Positions 61,904 through 64,000 of a stretch of 64,000 nt of DNA are shown here, in pieces. This DNA comes from Dendrobates tinctorius (lineage: Eukaryota): positions 7,502,001-7,566,000 of the forward strand of contig NW_027361772.1 of assembly GCF_039654945.1 (NCBI RefSeq), given 5' to 3'. Below the pieces are notes generated by a model. It was not told the origin of the DNA, did not search any database, and saw only the letters and a program-made list of their open reading frames with translations. Numbering within the stretch: the stretch's first letter is position 1; each line of letters opens with the position of its first letter. The position numbers and the translations under genes are program-made.

Positions 61904-64000
61904 ATGAGGAAGGCTGGTGGAAGAGGCCATGGAATTGGGCGGGGGTTGGCAGCTGGTAATGATGGTGTTGGTGGTGGATCTGATGGTAGTGGCAAAAGCA
62001 AATTAGGACCGAATGCAGGAGGTGTTGAGCCTGCGTCATCGTCTGGCTCCACAAGGCCTCGAAGGCTTAGTTTTCTAGGAGTTGGCAAACCGCTTTTAAA
62101 GCCAGAGCTTCAGGAAAAAGTTTTGTCTTACATTGCTGACTCAGCCTCCAGCTCTATCGCCTCCTCTTCTGAAGTTGTAAAAAATAAAAGCACTGAGTCG
62201 TCATTGGAGGCTCATGTTCATGAACCACACCTTTCCTTGTGTCCTTCACCCCAACCAAGATTGAAGGATGACGCGGGCCATACTACTGATTACTCCATGG
62301 AGCTGTTTTCACATACCATGCCTGGATTATCAAGTGAAATGGTGAATTACCCAGGCCAAGATGAATCTGACATGGAGTGCACTGATGCACAGCCGCTGAT
62401 GGATGATTCTGCTGGTACATTCACTCAGACCACTACATTGTCCTCGCAGTGTACAGAGCCAGATTCTGACCCTGATGAGACTCAGGTGCCCCTTCCCGCA
62501 CACTATACCACCATACACGGTGACACAGAGGAAGGTGCACATGACATTGAAGAGGAGGTGATGGATGACCCAGTTGTTGACCCAGATTGGCATCCATTGG
62601 GGGAAGAGGGTGCTGCTTCCAATAACTCAGATGAGGAGGAGCATCCACAGCAGACATCGACATCGCAACAGCTGTTATCTGGCAGGCCCGGAGCACTTCA
62701 AAGACAGGTTCCAAAAATCAAAAGAGTTGCTGGACAGCGTGTCCTGAGGGTCAAAATATCACAGAGTGCTAGGCCGCAAAATGTCTGCCAAAGTAGGAAG
62801 AGTGCAGTGTGGCACTTTTTTGAACAAAATCCTCATGATCAGGCCAAGGTTATCTGTAAGAAGTGCGCAAAGACCTTTAGCCGAGGGAAAAATCTGAAAA
62901 ATTTGAATACCAGTTGCATGCTTAGATATTTAACCAGCATGCACTTGCAAGCGTGGACACAACACCAAACCTCAAGTACCACATGTGCAACTGATCACAA
63001 AGAAGGTAGTCAGCAACGCTACATTGTTTCCCCCACTGTAAGCCCACCGGTTAGCACAGCAGCAAATGTTGAGGTGTCGTTGCAAGGCCACAGCAGTCAG
63101 GGAATCCCACTGTTATATCAACGAAATACTGAATCTAAGCCATCAGAAAGAACACCAACTCAATCACCATCATCAACTCTCTCTCAGTCCGCCCTGTCCA
63201 CCGCTACTTCCACCATATGCAGCTCTCAAGTCCAGCTCACCCTCCCAGACACTATGAGTAGGTCAAGAAAGTACTCAGTCTCTCATCCGCGTACACTGGG
63301 TTTGAACGCCCACATTGCCAAACTAATCTCGTTAGAGATGATGCCCTATCGGTTGGTGGAAAGCGCTGCTTTCCGCGAACTCATGGCCTATCCAGTACCA
63401 CGCTATGACCTACCCAGTCGCCACTTCTTCTCTCGCAAAGCCATCCCAGCCCTCCACCATCATGTGAAAGACCGCATTGTCCATGCACTCAAGCAGTCAG
63501 TGAGTGGAAAGGTGCACCTCACAACTGATGCATGGTCCAGTCGGCATGGCCAGGGCCGTTACGTGTCCATCACTGCGCACTGGGTTAATGTGGTGGATGC
63601 AGGGTCCACAGGGGACAGCGGTGGTGGGACAGTGCTGCCTAGCCCACGATATAGGAAACAGTTGGCTGTAGGCGTTCGACCCTCCTCCTCCTCCAGAAGC
63701 GAAAGCTCGTCCACAGAGCGCAGTCGTACGAGCACTCCATCTGCAGTTGCCACTGTTGCACACGAGGTGTCCCCCTATCGAGCAGGTAGTGGAAAGCGTC
63801 AGCAGGCTGTGTTGCAGATGATGTGTTTGGGCGACAGACACACCGCCGAGGTGCTGGCCGAGTACTTTCAGCGACAAACTGAGTCATGGCTGGGCAGTGT
63901 ACATCTTGAGGCAGGCAAGGTAGTTAGTGATAACGGCCGTAATTTTGTGGCAGCCATAGCCCTTTCAAAACTCAGCCACATACCTTGCTTGGCTCACACC
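61904..64000 (+). CDS. hAT transposase (ZBED4/ZBED6-like), 5' part, at least 699 aa, runs off the window
   Basis: Manual translation is open from ATG 61904 to the window end: BED finger (SAVWHFF..VICKKC..MH), PYRLVE..F..YDLPSR, LTTDAW, VSITAHW, VSDNGRN, CLAH. Confidence 0.9.
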   Translation, partial: MRKAGGRGHGIGRGLAAGNDGVGGGSDGSGKSKLGPNAGGVEPASSSGSTRPRRLSFLGVGKPLLKPELQEKVLSYIADSASSSIASSSEVVKNKSTESSLEAHVHEPHLSLCPSPQPRLKDDAGHTTDYSMELFSHTMPGLSSEMVNYPGQDESDMECTDAQPLMDDSAGTFTQTTTLSSQCTEPDSDPDETQVPLPAHYTTIHGDTEEGAHDIEEEVMDDPVVDPDWHPLGEEGAASNNSDEEEHPQQTSTSQQLLSGRPGALQRQVPKIKRVAGQRVLRVKISQSARPQNVCQSRKSAVWHFFEQNPHDQAKVICKKCAKTFSRGKNLKNLNTSCMLRYLTSMHLQAWTQHQTSSTTCATDHKEGSQQRYIVSPTVSPPVSTAANVEVSLQGHSSQGIPLLYQRNTESKPSERTPTQSPSSTLSQSALSTATSTICSSQVQLTLPDTMSRSRKYSVSHPRTLGLNAHIAKLISLEMMPYRLVESAAFRELMAYPVPRYDLPSRHFFSRKAIPALHHHVKDRIVHALKQSVSGKVHLTTDAWSSRHGQGRYVSITAHWVNVVDAGSTGDSGGGTVLPSPRYRKQLAVGVRPSSSSRSESSSTERSRTSTPSAVATVAHEVSPYRAGSGKRQQAVLQMMCLGDRHTAEVLAEYFQRQTESWLGSVHLEAGKVVSDNGRNFVAAIALSKLSHIPCLAHT

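Larger units (their letters stand above)
59621..64000 (+). mobile_element. hAT (Ac-like) DNA transposon, left part, probably autonomous
   Basis: Left TIR TAGAGTTGAGCGAA at 59621, subterminal tandem arrays, then a transposase ORF. Confidence 0.85.

Overview
Vertebrate genomic DNA, probably from a frog (inferred from the repeat families and the IL-1beta sequence), and dominated by transposable elements. The only host genes are two tandem, intact, minus-strand interleukin-1 beta paralogues: CDS 10713-14461 and 28938-33066, each with 7 exons and 281 aa, differing at 20 residues by my manual splice reconstruction. Each keeps its own TATA, C/EBP and NF-kB promoter, but the copies differ in TE insertions in the promoter, introns and 3'UTR. 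Surrounding elements: a degraded foamy/Loki-like endogenous retrovirus (about 1.2-7.5 kb), a very young non-autonomous LTR element with an unassigned 375-aa ORF (16770-20565), a Helitron, many hAT, PIF and Tc1 MITEs, minisatellites, Penelope-like inverted insertions, L2 and L1 fragments, a full-length CR1 with both ORFs intact (about 54.4-58.5 kb), and an hAT transposon whose transposase ORF (from 61904, missing from the ORF track) runs off the window. There is an assembly gap at 48141-48289. I see no clear new multi-gene system. The best candidates for novelty are the diverging il1b pair, the deep-branching retrovirus and the LTR element's orphan ORF.
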